64,000 nt of DNA, from contig CAZQUL010000001.1 in assembly GCA_964596525.1 (NCBI GenBank), positions 806,509 to 870,508 of the forward strand, given 5' to 3'. A program made the position numbers and the translations under genes. Each line of letters begins with the position of its first letter. The first letter of the stretch is position 1. Under the pieces are notes generated by a model that worked only from the letters and a program-made list of their open reading frames with translations, did not search any database and was not told the DNA's origin. Positions 1-8,574 of the stretch are shown one piece after another. This DNA comes from an uncultured Gammaproteobacteria bacterium. GTDB taxonomy: Bacteria > Patescibacteriota > Patescibacteriia > Magasanikbacterales > GWA2-37-8.

Positions 1-1
1 C

Positions 2-367
2 ATCGTCCTCGAGCCGTGGGACAAGAGCCTTATGGGTGCGGTTGAAAAAGGCGTGCGCGACTCGGGGCTTGGCATTAATCCGGTTAACGATGGCCGTGTC
101 ATCCGTTTGCCGCTTCCGGATCTTACTTCGGAACGCCGCCAGGAACTGGTGAAAATCCTCCACCAGAAGCTTGAACACGCCCGCATCTCGGTGCGTAAAG
201 TGCGCGAAGACGTGCGCGAAAAAATTCAGAACGAAGAAAAAGACAAGCGTATCAGCGAAGACGAGAAATTCCGCATGCAAGAAGAGCTCGAAAAAATGGT
301 TAAGGAATTCAACGAGGAAATCAAAAAAATCGGTGAGGCCAAAGAGAAAGAAATTACGACCGTATAA
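2..367 (+). CDS. frr: Ribosome recycling factor (5' truncated by window edge)
   Basis: IVLEPWDKS...GINPVNDGRVIRLPLPDLTSERRQELVK...ISEDE...KEKEI, typical RRF motifs. Confidence 0.97.
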   Translation: MVLEPWDKSLMGAVEKGVRDSGLGINPVNDGRVIRLPLPDLTSERRQELVKILHQKLEHARISVRKVREDVREKIQNEEKDKRISEDEKFRMQEELEKMVKEFNEEIKKIGEAKEKEITTV

Positions 368-501
368 ACTCTTCGTAGGCCGCCAAGATGTTAACTACCC
401 TCTTGCGCGCTTGTGTCTTTGCGTTTAGCCTAGATGGAGTGCGGCGGCCGTTGCATGTCTACGGTAAAAACGTGCCGCATCGTTTTTAACCCTCTCTCAC
501 T

Positions 502-1137
502 ATGCGCTTTCATCAATTCGTTCTGGGCGTTAGTTGTGCTAGCCTCATTGCTCTTGGAGCCGGATGCCGTTCATCGCAGCCGGCTTCGGTATCCACTTCT
601 ACTGCGCCAGGAAACACCGCTTCTTCCACGGTCGTCGTAACCCCGGCTCTTCTCAAACCGAATAACCCGCCCAAGGAGCTTGCCGTAGTCGCCTCTTCGA
701 GCTATCGTTACTTTACGAACGCCACGGTGGATTGGGGTGAAACCAGCTGGGTTGGGGTGTTTCCCACCTCGTCCATGAAAGGAACTAATTTGCAGCGCGC
801 AGCGATCAGTATGTATGGGCTACCAGGCGCCTGCGACAAAGGCCTCGAAATCGAACTTGCTGATACCTTCAAAAAATTAGCTCCGGCAACGATTTCTACT
901 TCGAACCCGGCTTCACCAAGCTGGCAGGGGAGACAATGGGCAGGCGCGGCAGGTGGCACTACCGTTGATTCTGTGGTGTATCGCTTGGCACATAACGGAA
1001 GCTGTTACCGCATAGTATTGGACCTGTGGAGTATGCCTATCGCGAGCTACCCTAAGGCCAAACGTCCCAAAGCGTACGATCCAGCACCGTATATTACGGT
1101 TCTCAAAGAAGTCGTACAGAGCACTCCGTTGCCGTAA
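502..1137 (+). CDS. Putative lipoprotein of unknown function
   Basis: Signal peptide with LGAG-C lipobox, then a S/T/P-rich linker. Confidence 0.75.
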   Translation: MRFHQFVLGVSCASLIALGAGCRSSQPASVSTSTAPGNTASSTVVVTPALLKPNNPPKELAVVASSSYRYFTNATVDWGETSWVGVFPTSSMKGTNLQRAAISMYGLPGACDKGLEIELADTFKKLAPATISTSNPASPSWQGRQWAGAAGGTTVDSVVYRLAHNGSCYRIVLDLWSMPIASYPKAKRPKAYDPAPYITVLKEVVQSTPLP

Positions 1138-1154
1138 ATACCTTGGTATAAAAC

Positions 1155-1183
1155 CAAAACAGCCCTTCCCTAGGGCTGTTTTG
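1155..1183. terminator. Bidirectional intrinsic terminator
   Basis: CAAAACAGCCCT/AGGGCTGTTTTG inverted repeat between convergent genes. Confidence 0.75.
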
Positions 1184-1235
1184 AGTTTAAATATAAGCAC
1201 CGCAGGGGGTTCTGCGGTGGGTTTGGAGTAGCGGA

Positions 1236-1577
1236 CTAGCGTGCCACTTCGCGACGGAAGGCGCGGTAGCGGCGCAATTCGAATAAGAAGAGCAAGGGAC
1301 CGGCGGCCGTAAAAATCGGGTAGTGAGCGTTGTACCACCAGGGTCGAATATCCGGCAGTACAACATAATCCCCGATGAGGCCGAGAATACCAACGGCGGT
1401 GATAAGAATGCAATGCAGAAGCATTGCTCGCCGCAGCTTGAGGAGCTTGCGCTGCCGCTTGAAGGAGCTTTTTTCCTGGCGAGTCTTTCCGGCCAAGGAA
1501 CTGATGCGCAGTACATGCGCGATCATAATTCCTACAGGGAGCGCTGTTAGCAGTTCGTAAAGCTCTAGTCGTCCCAT
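1236..1577 (-). CDS. Small membrane protein (orphan)
   Basis: ATG at 1577 after GGGGGTGG SD-like motif; about three hydrophobic segments. Confidence 0.6.
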   Translation of the reverse strand: MGRLELYELLTALPVGIMIAHVLRISSLAGKTRQEKSSFKRQRKLLKLRRAMLLHCILITAVGILGLIGDYVVLPDIRPWWYNAHYPIFTAAGPLLFLFELRRYRAFRREVAR

Positions 1578-1605
1578 AATCCACCCCCTTAGGTTGTTGC
1601 CGTTT

Positions 1606-1953
1606 CTAGGCGTTCGGCTGCTTGTCAATTTTTTTCAGTTCGCTCAGCCTTTGGCAAAACATGCGGAAGCAAAAGCCCCAGGCGGCATTCACTAGGAAGA
1701 TGCGCGCCCCCAGATTCATGGTCAGCTTCGTGGCCTCGAGCGCTTGCTTAAGCAAGTAGAGATCTGTGGACACGAGGAGTGTTGTGAGAAAGAGGATGTA
1801 GGCAATTAGTTCTGCCCTCCGATTCTCGGTAGCTTCACCCTTTCTGGCACTGTGCACCCAGCGCCACACCAGAATGCCGAAACTGGTAGCGCAGGCGATG
1901 TCGGTAAGCGGTTTGATGTGGGTCAGGATGGTAATCAGATCGTTTCTGTGCAC
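1606..1953 (-). CDS. Small membrane protein (orphan)
   Basis: GTG at 1953 after GGAGGT SD; about three hydrophobic segments. Confidence 0.6.
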   Translation of the reverse strand: MHRNDLITILTHIKPLTDIACATSFGILVWRWVHSARKGEATENRRAELIAYILFLTTLLVSTDLYLLKQALEATKLTMNLGARIFLVNAAWGFCFRMFCQRLSELKKIDKQPNA

Positions 1954-1987
1954 GGTTGACCTCCGGAAAAAGAACGGGGAACAAGGG

Positions 1988-2016
1988 AATCTCTCATGTT
2001 CTGACCCGAAAGTCAA
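1988..2016 (-). promoter_or_regulatory. Possible sigma70-type promoter
   Basis: TTGACT-N17-GAGATT with a TG extension; weak -10. Confidence 0.35.
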
Positions 2017-2084
2017 TATAAGGGGTGTGATTGAGTTGCCAAAACCGTATTTTTCTCTTAACTTTCAAACAGGGTAGAAGTACG

Positions 2085-2152
2085 AAAAAACCACCCTCTA
2101 CCGAGAACAAGCACGTGTGTGCCGATTCTCGGTAGCGCGAGGGTGGTTTTCC
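2085..2152 (-). repeat. 68-nt long-hairpin repeat, copy 1 (3' structure/terminator)
   Basis: 66/68 identical to 2596-2663; AAAACCACCCTC..TACCGAGAA..TTCTCGGTA.GAGGGTGGTTTTTT on the minus strand. Confidence 0.92.
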
Positions 2153-2179
2153 GCGCTACCGGAGCGGGGTGCGTGGGGT

Positions 2180-2392
2180 TTAGCTCTTGGCCAGCTTTTT
2201 CGCGAGCATCGAGACGCCGAAGATCGCGAAGATTGTGGCGAGTGCCAGAATGAGCGCTCCGACAGCCCATTGGAAGGCCGTGGGCAGCTGGAGGAATGAA
2301 ACGTACATTACGAACAGGACCGAAATGGCCAGGAAGACCGGTCGCGCGATGTTACTACCGGACAGTTCGTTATTCTCGTTGGTCGCGGTCAT
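2180..2392 (-). CDS. Small two-TM membrane protein (orphan, 70 aa)
   Basis: ATG 2392 after GGAGG SD, upstream consensus promoter, two hydrophobic helices. Confidence 0.7.
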   Translation of the reverse strand: MTATNENNELSGSNIARPVFLAISVLFVMYVSFLQLPTAFQWAVGALILALATIFAIFGVSMLAKKLAKS

Positions 2393-2429
2393 TGTCGCCT
2401 CCAATTCCAGGTTTCCAGATTAACCAATA

Positions 2430-2458
2430 ATGTTATCATATTTTAGTCATCTTGTCAA
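2430..2458 (-). promoter_or_regulatory. Sigma70-type promoter
   Basis: TTGACA-N17-TAACAT with TGn extension. Confidence 0.7.
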
Positions 2459-2595
2459 GATATTAGCCCGAATTTCATCTATATCTAGCTGAATAAATTG
2501 GCTTCAACAGTTCCAATATCCGCCGTCGGGTTGTCAAAACCCTTATTTTCCCTTATTCTTGAAGAGAATCTCGTCTGTTATTTGCTATACGTAAC

Positions 2596-2663
2596 AAAAA
2601 ACCACCCTCTACCGAGAACAAGCACGTGTGTGCCGATCCTCGGTAGCGCGAGAGTGGTTTTCC
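2596..2663 (-). repeat. 68-nt long-hairpin repeat, copy 2 (3' structure/terminator)
   Basis: Near-identical to 2085-2152; both substitutions keep pairing as G-U on the minus strand. Confidence 0.92.
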
Positions 2664-2688
2664 TCACGCTCCCCGAGCGTGAACTCGA

Positions 2689-3057
2689 CTATGAGCAGAG
2701 CCAGCGGATGAAGCGGTAGACGCCCTTGCCTATGGCCGAGAGAATCTCGTAGATGCCCCAGAGAATCATGGTTCCCATCATCCAGCCGGCAGCGCCGACT
2801 AGGGCGCCGAGGAGGCCGGTTACGGAAAGCTCGATGGCTTCCCGACTGAGGAATCCGGCCCCTTTAAACGCCCAAACACCGGTGTTGAGGAGAAGCAGCA
2901 CGAGGCACCCAGCACCCCACATGAGCGCAGGGATGCAGACGATCAGGGCGAAGATCTGGAATCCTTTGGGCATGTCGTCGTAAATCCCTTCGAATCGCTT
3001 GGCCTGACAGCGGCGACAAAGGCACCACGAATCGTCAATGTGCGGAAAAGTTACCAC
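2689..3057 (-). CDS. Small membrane protein (orphan) with N-terminal CxCxxC
   Basis: GTG start after GAAAGGA SD; WCLCRRC then hydrophobic segments. Confidence 0.7.
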   Translation of the reverse strand: MVTFPHIDDSWCLCRRCQAKRFEGIYDDMPKGFQIFALIVCIPALMWGAGCLVLLLLNTGVWAFKGAGFLSREAIELSVTGLLGALVGAAGWMMGTMILWGIYEILSAIGKGVYRFIRWLCS

Positions 3058-3105
3058 GGTGTGTCCTTTCGTTCCTTCGTGTGAAGGTGGGTTGAGAGAC
3101 TCATA

Positions 3106-3134
3106 ATACTATCATAACTTATCGATTTTGTCAA
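3106..3134 (-). promoter_or_regulatory. Sigma70-type promoter
   Basis: TTGACA-N17-TAGTAT with TGn extension. Confidence 0.7.
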
Positions 3135-3150
3135 GATTTTACCTCAAAAA

Positions 3151-4560
3151 ATGTCTATGCCTAGCGAAAATAACCTCATGGAAACGATTATCAACCTGTG
3201 CAAACGCCGCGGTTTTATTTTTCCGGGCAGCGAGCTCTACGGCGGCATGGCTAATAGCTGGGACTATGGCCCCTTAGGCGTCGAACTCAAAAATAACATC
3301 AAAAAAGCCTGGTGGAAAATGTTCGTGCAGGAGCGCGGCGATATGGTGGGCATCGATGCAGCGCTCGTCATGAACCCTAAAGTCTGGGAAGCGAGCGGGC
3401 ACCTGGCCACGTTCACCGATCCTCTTATTGAATGCAAAAAATGCAATCATAGGTTTCGAGCTGACCAGATTCAAGGGCTTACAATTAGTCAGAAGCCTAG
3501 TCATGATCCCAATAATCAGACACATAGCTTTGAGATGACCAATGTCTTTTGTCCGAATTGCAAGGCGTCAGGTATTGAGGCTTTTATTGATAGTAAGATT
3601 TCAAACTTCAATCTCATGATGAAAACCTTCATCGGCCCCAAGGAAGATGCTACGGCCGTAGCGTACTTCCGCCCTGAAACCGCGCAGGCGATTTTCGTCG
3701 ATTTTCCAAATGTCCTCACCACGAGCCGCAAGCGCGTGCCGTTTGGCATTGCCCAGATCGGCAAAGCATTCCGTAACGAAATCACGCCGGGCAATTTTAT
3801 TTTCCGCACCCGCGAGTTCGAACAGATGGAGATCGAATACTTCATCCACCCGAGCATGTGGGAGCAGGCATTTGAAAACTGGCTTAAAGCCATGCATACC
3901 TGGATCGCTTCTGTCGGTATCGACACCGCAAAAATCCATAACCTCGAAGTTGAAAAAGACGAGCTCGCGCATTATTCCAAACGTACGGTCGATATTGAAT
4001 TTGACTATCCGTTCGGCAAGAAAGAATTGTACGGCCTCGCGTACCGCACGGATTTCGATCTTTCGAGCCATGCCAAAGCGAGCGGCAAAGACATCGTTTA
4101 CACCGATCCTACGTCCAACGAAAAATACGTGCCGCACGTTATCGAGCCGTCGTTCGGTGTGGACCGTACGTTCCTTGCCATACTGCTTTCCTGCTACCGT
4201 GAGGAAGAAGCGCCGACTGCCGAAGCAGGGGAGACGGACAAGCGTATCGTTCTCAAGCTCCCGTACCATCTCGCGCCGTACAAAGTGGCTGTCTTGCCGC
4301 TCTCGAAAAAAGAAGAACTTTCGAGCGTTGCTGAAGGTATCGCGAATGATCTGCGCAAGCTCTGGAATATCGATTATGACGAGACACAGAGTATCGGCAA
4401 GCGTTATCGCCGTCAGGATGAAATCGGTACGCCATTCTGCGTGACGGTCGATTTCGATTCTTTAAACGATAAGAAAGTCACGGTGCGCGAGCGCGATACG
4501 ATGAAGCAGGAACGGGTGGGGATTGAGGAGTTGATAGGTTATTTACAACACTATCTTTAG
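3151..4560 (+). CDS. glyQS: Glycine--tRNA ligase, alpha2 (homodimeric) type
   Basis: CKRRGFIFPGSELYGG, DYGPLG, RPETAQ, FRNEITPGNFIFRTREFEQME, SIGKRYRRQDEIGTPF. Confidence 0.97.
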   Translation: MSMPSENNLMETIINLCKRRGFIFPGSELYGGMANSWDYGPLGVELKNNIKKAWWKMFVQERGDMVGIDAALVMNPKVWEASGHLATFTDPLIECKKCNHRFRADQIQGLTISQKPSHDPNNQTHSFEMTNVFCPNCKASGIEAFIDSKISNFNLMMKTFIGPKEDATAVAYFRPETAQAIFVDFPNVLTTSRKRVPFGIAQIGKAFRNEITPGNFIFRTREFEQMEIEYFIHPSMWEQAFENWLKAMHTWIASVGIDTAKIHNLEVEKDELAHYSKRTVDIEFDYPFGKKELYGLAYRTDFDLSSHAKASGKDIVYTDPTSNEKYVPHVIEPSFGVDRTFLAILLSCYREEEAPTAEAGETDKRIVLKLPYHLAPYKVAVLPLSKKEELSSVAEGIANDLRKLWNIDYDETQSIGKRYRRQDEIGTPFCVTVDFDSLNDKKVTVRERDTMKQERVGIEELIGYLQHYL

Positions 4561-4579
4561 TCTTAATCGTAGCCCCCCT

Positions 4580-6247
4580 ATGTCTGTATCTGAACTCGAG
4601 TCATTCAGTCGTCGTGACGTTGCACGCCGTGCGGCCGAGACGCCGGAAGGTCGTAAGAAGATTGAGGATATGGTGACATGGATCAAGGAGCTGCGACAGA
4701 TCGTGCGCGACAATCCTGAACAAGCGAAAAATTACCGGCCGCCGCGCGAACTTCTTGCTGAGTTCTATGAACAACTGGCGCGAGAGTACGAAGAAATCCC
4801 TCTTACCAAAGAAGAGATTGAGCGGGAATTTTCGGCTGAGAATTTGTCGAAGCTTCCCCTAAATGATTACGTGAAGCTTTTGCGTCGCGTGCCGGCGCGT
4901 TTTGTGACCCACGTAACTCGTCAGGGTATCCGGGACCATGTTTCGCATCATTATTCCGGTAGTGAACAATACAGTGGAGGTTTTGAAAAAATTATCGAAG
5001 CCGGCAAGTTACAATCCGTGTTGGAACAATACTTGCAGGGTGTTGTTACCCGTGATGTCGTTAAACAGGTCTTGAGCGATCATCTTAAGATTCCTCAGGA
5101 TTTTGACACTGTCGAAGAGGCGCGGGAACATATTGATGATTTTTTGAATCGTTCGCGCAGCAACATGCTGGTTAGTTCTGAAATTGCTGATCAGCGGGCT
5201 TTGCATGTTGCAATGGATCATGTTGCTGATGATTTTTACGGCGGCGAGCGCGGGAACGAAATCTTTTTTGCTTACCCTACAGCCTATGTAGCGGCGCATA
5301 ATTATTTAGCTCCGCAAAAGACGGCTTTTCGAAAAGGATTGGAATTAAATGCGGAAGAACGAAGTTCAGAGTATAATGATTTTTGGATCAGGAACAAGAA
5401 AAACGGGGCAGGCGAGCTTCCGGTCGATGCGGCTATTGTTTTCATTCCCGAAAATGCCGCAGTCGACCCGAAGACCGGCTCACGGTATGCCCTTGGCCCA
5501 GATCGCAAACCACTTCCCAATACGGACCAGATCGAGAAACTCAAAAAAATTATTGCCTCGCCGGAAATGAAAGTATTGTGGCCGAAAATGTATGAGCGTA
5601 TCACCGATTACCGCAACGCTCTTGGCAAGAAACGTGCGGATGAAGATCGGTTGGCTATGTTGCGCAATGAAAAGGCCGGCATGTATACTTTATCGGGAGC
5701 CGAAGATGATGTACGACGTTCAACAGCAGAGCTCGAAGAAAAGATGGAAATGATCAAGCCGTTCATCGACTCCTGCCGTGCTGGCGGACTGACCGATAAG
5801 CGTTTTTATGACATTTTCGAAAGCCGGGACGGCGAAGCGTGGAATGCGCTCGCGAGCGCCTTTGATCGTTCAGTGCAGAGCGAGCCATTCGCAGCAACTC
5901 CTGTTGATGACAATAATTTTACAGAACGGGTCCGTAGCTTGGGTATATATCTGAAGCTTGCAGAAAACACTGTGTCATCCCGTACTTACTGGGAAAAGCG
6001 ATTTCAGACTTCTGGTGCCAAGCGGCCTTCCAAAGTCATTTTTTACGAACAAGCCGTTCCTACTCAGGCTCTACAGGCGTTTAAAGAACGGGCGGGACTT
6101 AAAGATCACCGCGAGAGAATCGATTTGCGCGAAATGTTCAGTGAAAATCTGGTTTCAAACCGGGATATACATAATCAGATGGAACGTGAACGCGAAATCT
6201 TTGCTCAATATGCGGAAGAAATCTTGCGTGACTTATATTCTAAGTAA
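4580..6247 (+). CDS. Hypothetical protein, possible ADP-ribosyltransferase-like fold
   Basis: 555-aa ORF; THVT...FEKIIEAGKLQS...LHVA...FYG...IFFAYP...YNDFWI...LPVDAAIVFIP matches the order of ART core elements (fold call is inference). Confidence 0.55.
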   Translation: MSVSELESFSRRDVARRAAETPEGRKKIEDMVTWIKELRQIVRDNPEQAKNYRPPRELLAEFYEQLAREYEEIPLTKEEIEREFSAENLSKLPLNDYVKLLRRVPARFVTHVTRQGIRDHVSHHYSGSEQYSGGFEKIIEAGKLQSVLEQYLQGVVTRDVVKQVLSDHLKIPQDFDTVEEAREHIDDFLNRSRSNMLVSSEIADQRALHVAMDHVADDFYGGERGNEIFFAYPTAYVAAHNYLAPQKTAFRKGLELNAEERSSEYNDFWIRNKKNGAGELPVDAAIVFIPENAAVDPKTGSRYALGPDRKPLPNTDQIEKLKKIIASPEMKVLWPKMYERITDYRNALGKKRADEDRLAMLRNEKAGMYTLSGAEDDVRRSTAELEEKMEMIKPFIDSCRAGGLTDKRFYDIFESRDGEAWNALASAFDRSVQSEPFAATPVDDNNFTERVRSLGIYLKLAENTVSSRTYWEKRFQTSGAKRPSKVIFYEQAVPTQALQAFKERAGLKDHRERIDLREMFSENLVSNRDIHNQMEREREIFAQYAEEILRDLYSK

Positions 6248-6258
6248 GCATTATTCTT

Positions 6259-6807
6259 GTGCAAACTATAAAAGAAAAAATTACAGTCATTCGTAATGCT
6301 ATCCGCTACCATCGCGACCAGAAAGGCGACGATCGCTGCTGGGTCGATGATTATCTGATTTGGAAATTCCTCCCCGATTCGCCGCCCGAACCGACAACTC
6401 CGCCGCCATTCGAAAAAGCCATGGGTTGTTGTCGATCGTTTTACGATAATCGCCGTGCTGAGCAGGCGGATAGTCCTTCCGCTCAAACCGAAAACGATCC
6501 GACGAAATGGGATGAGGATATCGCAGCGATGTCCGAGACTGAACTTGCAGCTGAATTCGAAAAATTGCATGCCGCTCTGCGCGCGCATCGTGACGTGAAC
6601 GGCCGTGAACGAACGCTCGATGACGATCGGGCGTTATACGACGTATTACCCGAAAAAATTCCAGCTGATTTCCGTTTGCCGAACAAGCCTGAGTTCCTTG
6701 ATGGCATAAAACCTGGTTGCGGCTGCCCCAATTTTTGGAAGAGCCATGAAAATTGCCCGACGGACAAACATGATTTGCATCGCTGGGGACCGTGTCCTGT
6801 AGCCTAA
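6259..6807 (+). CDS. Hypothetical protein with two tandem HRD...DD...LP...CxxF modules
   Basis: IRYHRDQKGDDRCWVDDYLIWKFLP...CRSF and LRAHRDVNGRERTLDDDRALYDVLP...CPNF; GTG start, tight operon spacing. Confidence 0.75.
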   Translation: MQTIKEKITVIRNAIRYHRDQKGDDRCWVDDYLIWKFLPDSPPEPTTPPPFEKAMGCCRSFYDNRRAEQADSPSAQTENDPTKWDEDIAAMSETELAAEFEKLHAALRAHRDVNGRERTLDDDRALYDVLPEKIPADFRLPNKPEFLDGIKPGCGCPNFWKSHENCPTDKHDLHRWGPCPVA

Positions 6808-6811
6808 AGCT

Positions 6812-7228
6812 ATGTCCGCCGATCTTCATTTCTCCGGAAAAATAACCCAAAAAGCGCTCGTTATCAAAGATGATAAAGTGCTTATCGTCCGCGAGGCCCG
6901 CTACGACGGAAAATGGGAATTACCCGGTGGGCGATTGCATAACGAAGAATCCTTGTTCCAAGGTTTCCATCGAGAAATACAAGAAGAGCTAGGTGTTGAA
7001 GTTATCGATGAGCGGCTGTGCTACTCAGAACAATTCCGTGAAAAACATAGCGGAAGTTGGTGTGTGCTCATGGCATACACCTGCCGTCTAAAGAATTCCG
7101 ATCAAGAATTTTCGCTTGCTAAAGAAGAAGTTGCGGAGTGTAAGTGGATTACTGTTTCCGAACTTAACGATCAGCCGATTTACACCCACTCATTGCATGC
7201 TCTTCAAAATTATTTTTCACACAGTTAG
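6812..7228 (+). CDS. Nudix hydrolase
   Basis: WELPGGRLHNEESLFQGFHREIQEELG Nudix box. Confidence 0.93.
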   Translation: MSADLHFSGKITQKALVIKDDKVLIVREARYDGKWELPGGRLHNEESLFQGFHREIQEELGVEVIDERLCYSEQFREKHSGSWCVLMAYTCRLKNSDQEFSLAKEEVAECKWITVSELNDQPIYTHSLHALQNYFSHS

Positions 7229-7259
7229 ATATTAAGATTTGTTATTGACACTTTGGATT

Positions 7260-8564
7260 ATGCACCGCGTTGCCAAACTCAAAAACGGATTAACCCTCAT
7301 TACCGTACCTGTTAAAGGTACGTCTGCGACAACGGTTCTCTGCATGTTTCCGGTCGGTTCTCGTTTTGAAGAACCGCGCACCAACGGTGCGGCCCATTTT
7401 GTGGAGCACATGTTGTTCAAAGGCACGACTAAACGGCCAACGTCGCAGGATATTACCCGTACGTTCGATGCTGTAGGCGCACAGTACAACGCGTTTACGA
7501 GCAAGGAGTACACGGGTTACTACGTAAAAGTTGCGGCTGAAAAACAGAGTTTAGCATTCGAGGTTTTGGCCGACATGCTCGCCAACTCAGTATTTAAGCT
7601 CGAAGAAGTGGAAAAAGAAAAAGGCGCGATTGTGGAAGAACTCCGCATGTACAAAGACAATCCGCTTATGGATATCGATGATACGTTCGAGTCCCTCGTC
7701 TTTGAAGGTCATCCGCTCGGGTGGAATATCGGCGGGAGCGAAGATACAGTGCGCGGCATGTCGCGTGAAGATCTAGTGTCGTATTATCAGGCGCATTATT
7801 CGCCGCGGACCATGGTGCTCGTCGTCGCTGGTGCGGTCGACTCTAAGAAACTGGCCTCGTATGTCAAGCACTTCCTGGCCTACGAAGCGCCGCGTGACGC
7901 AGCCACGTTTTCGTGGTATAAAGCCCATACTACTCCCTTTGACGTACCACCCGTTCTACCACTCGAAAAACGCGTTACGGTAAAAGAAAAAAAGGTGGAT
8001 CAGCTGCAGCTCATGCTCGGCTTTCCTGCGTTTGAGCACACGCACGCTGACCGTTATGCACTATCTGTTTTGTCTACGGTACTTGGCGGCGGTATGAGCT
8101 CGCGATTGTTTACCGAGGTGCGTGAACGTCGCGGGTTGGCGTATATGGTGAAAACCGACACGACGAGCTACCGTGAAACCGGTGTCTTTTCCGTTAAAGC
8201 TGGTTTGGATCCGGCGCGCGTTCCCGAAGCCTTACGCGTCATCGTTCAGGAGCTTAAAAAGATCGTTGCCGAACCGGTAAGCACCCAAGAACTCAAAGAC
8301 GCCCAAAATTATCTTTTGGGTCATACTGCGCTCCAGCTCGAAGACAGTTTCAACCAGGCTAATTGGTTCGCGGAACGTTTCCTCTTTATGAAACGTTTGG
8401 ATACGTATCAGGATGTTGCCAAAAAGATCAAGAAAGTGACGATTAAGGACGTGCACAAAGTGGCAAAACAGGTTATCCGCTTTAACGAGTTGCGGCTGGC
8501 AGCGATTGGTGGGCTCTCTAAAGAAGTTGTGATTAAAGCGGCAAAAGATGCCCTTGCCGAGTAA
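7260..8564 (+). CDS. M16 (pitrilysin-family) zinc peptidase
   Basis: GAAHFVEHMLFKGT (HxxEH), NAFTS, LGGGMSSRLF.EVRERRGLAY. Confidence 0.95.
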   Translation: MHRVAKLKNGLTLITVPVKGTSATTVLCMFPVGSRFEEPRTNGAAHFVEHMLFKGTTKRPTSQDITRTFDAVGAQYNAFTSKEYTGYYVKVAAEKQSLAFEVLADMLANSVFKLEEVEKEKGAIVEELRMYKDNPLMDIDDTFESLVFEGHPLGWNIGGSEDTVRGMSREDLVSYYQAHYSPRTMVLVVAGAVDSKKLASYVKHFLAYEAPRDAATFSWYKAHTTPFDVPPVLPLEKRVTVKEKKVDQLQLMLGFPAFEHTHADRYALSVLSTVLGGGMSSRLFTEVRERRGLAYMVKTDTTSYRETGVFSVKAGLDPARVPEALRVIVQELKKIVAEPVSTQELKDAQNYLLGHTALQLEDSFNQANWFAERFLFMKRLDTYQDVAKKIKKVTIKDVHKVAKQVIRFNELRLAAIGGLSKEVVIKAAKDALAE

Positions 8565-8574
8565 TTTTTAACGA

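Noticed and set aside
2085-2663. CRISPR array interpretation of the repeats
   Set aside because: Only two 68-nt copies 511 nt apart with a gene between them; no cas genes in the window.
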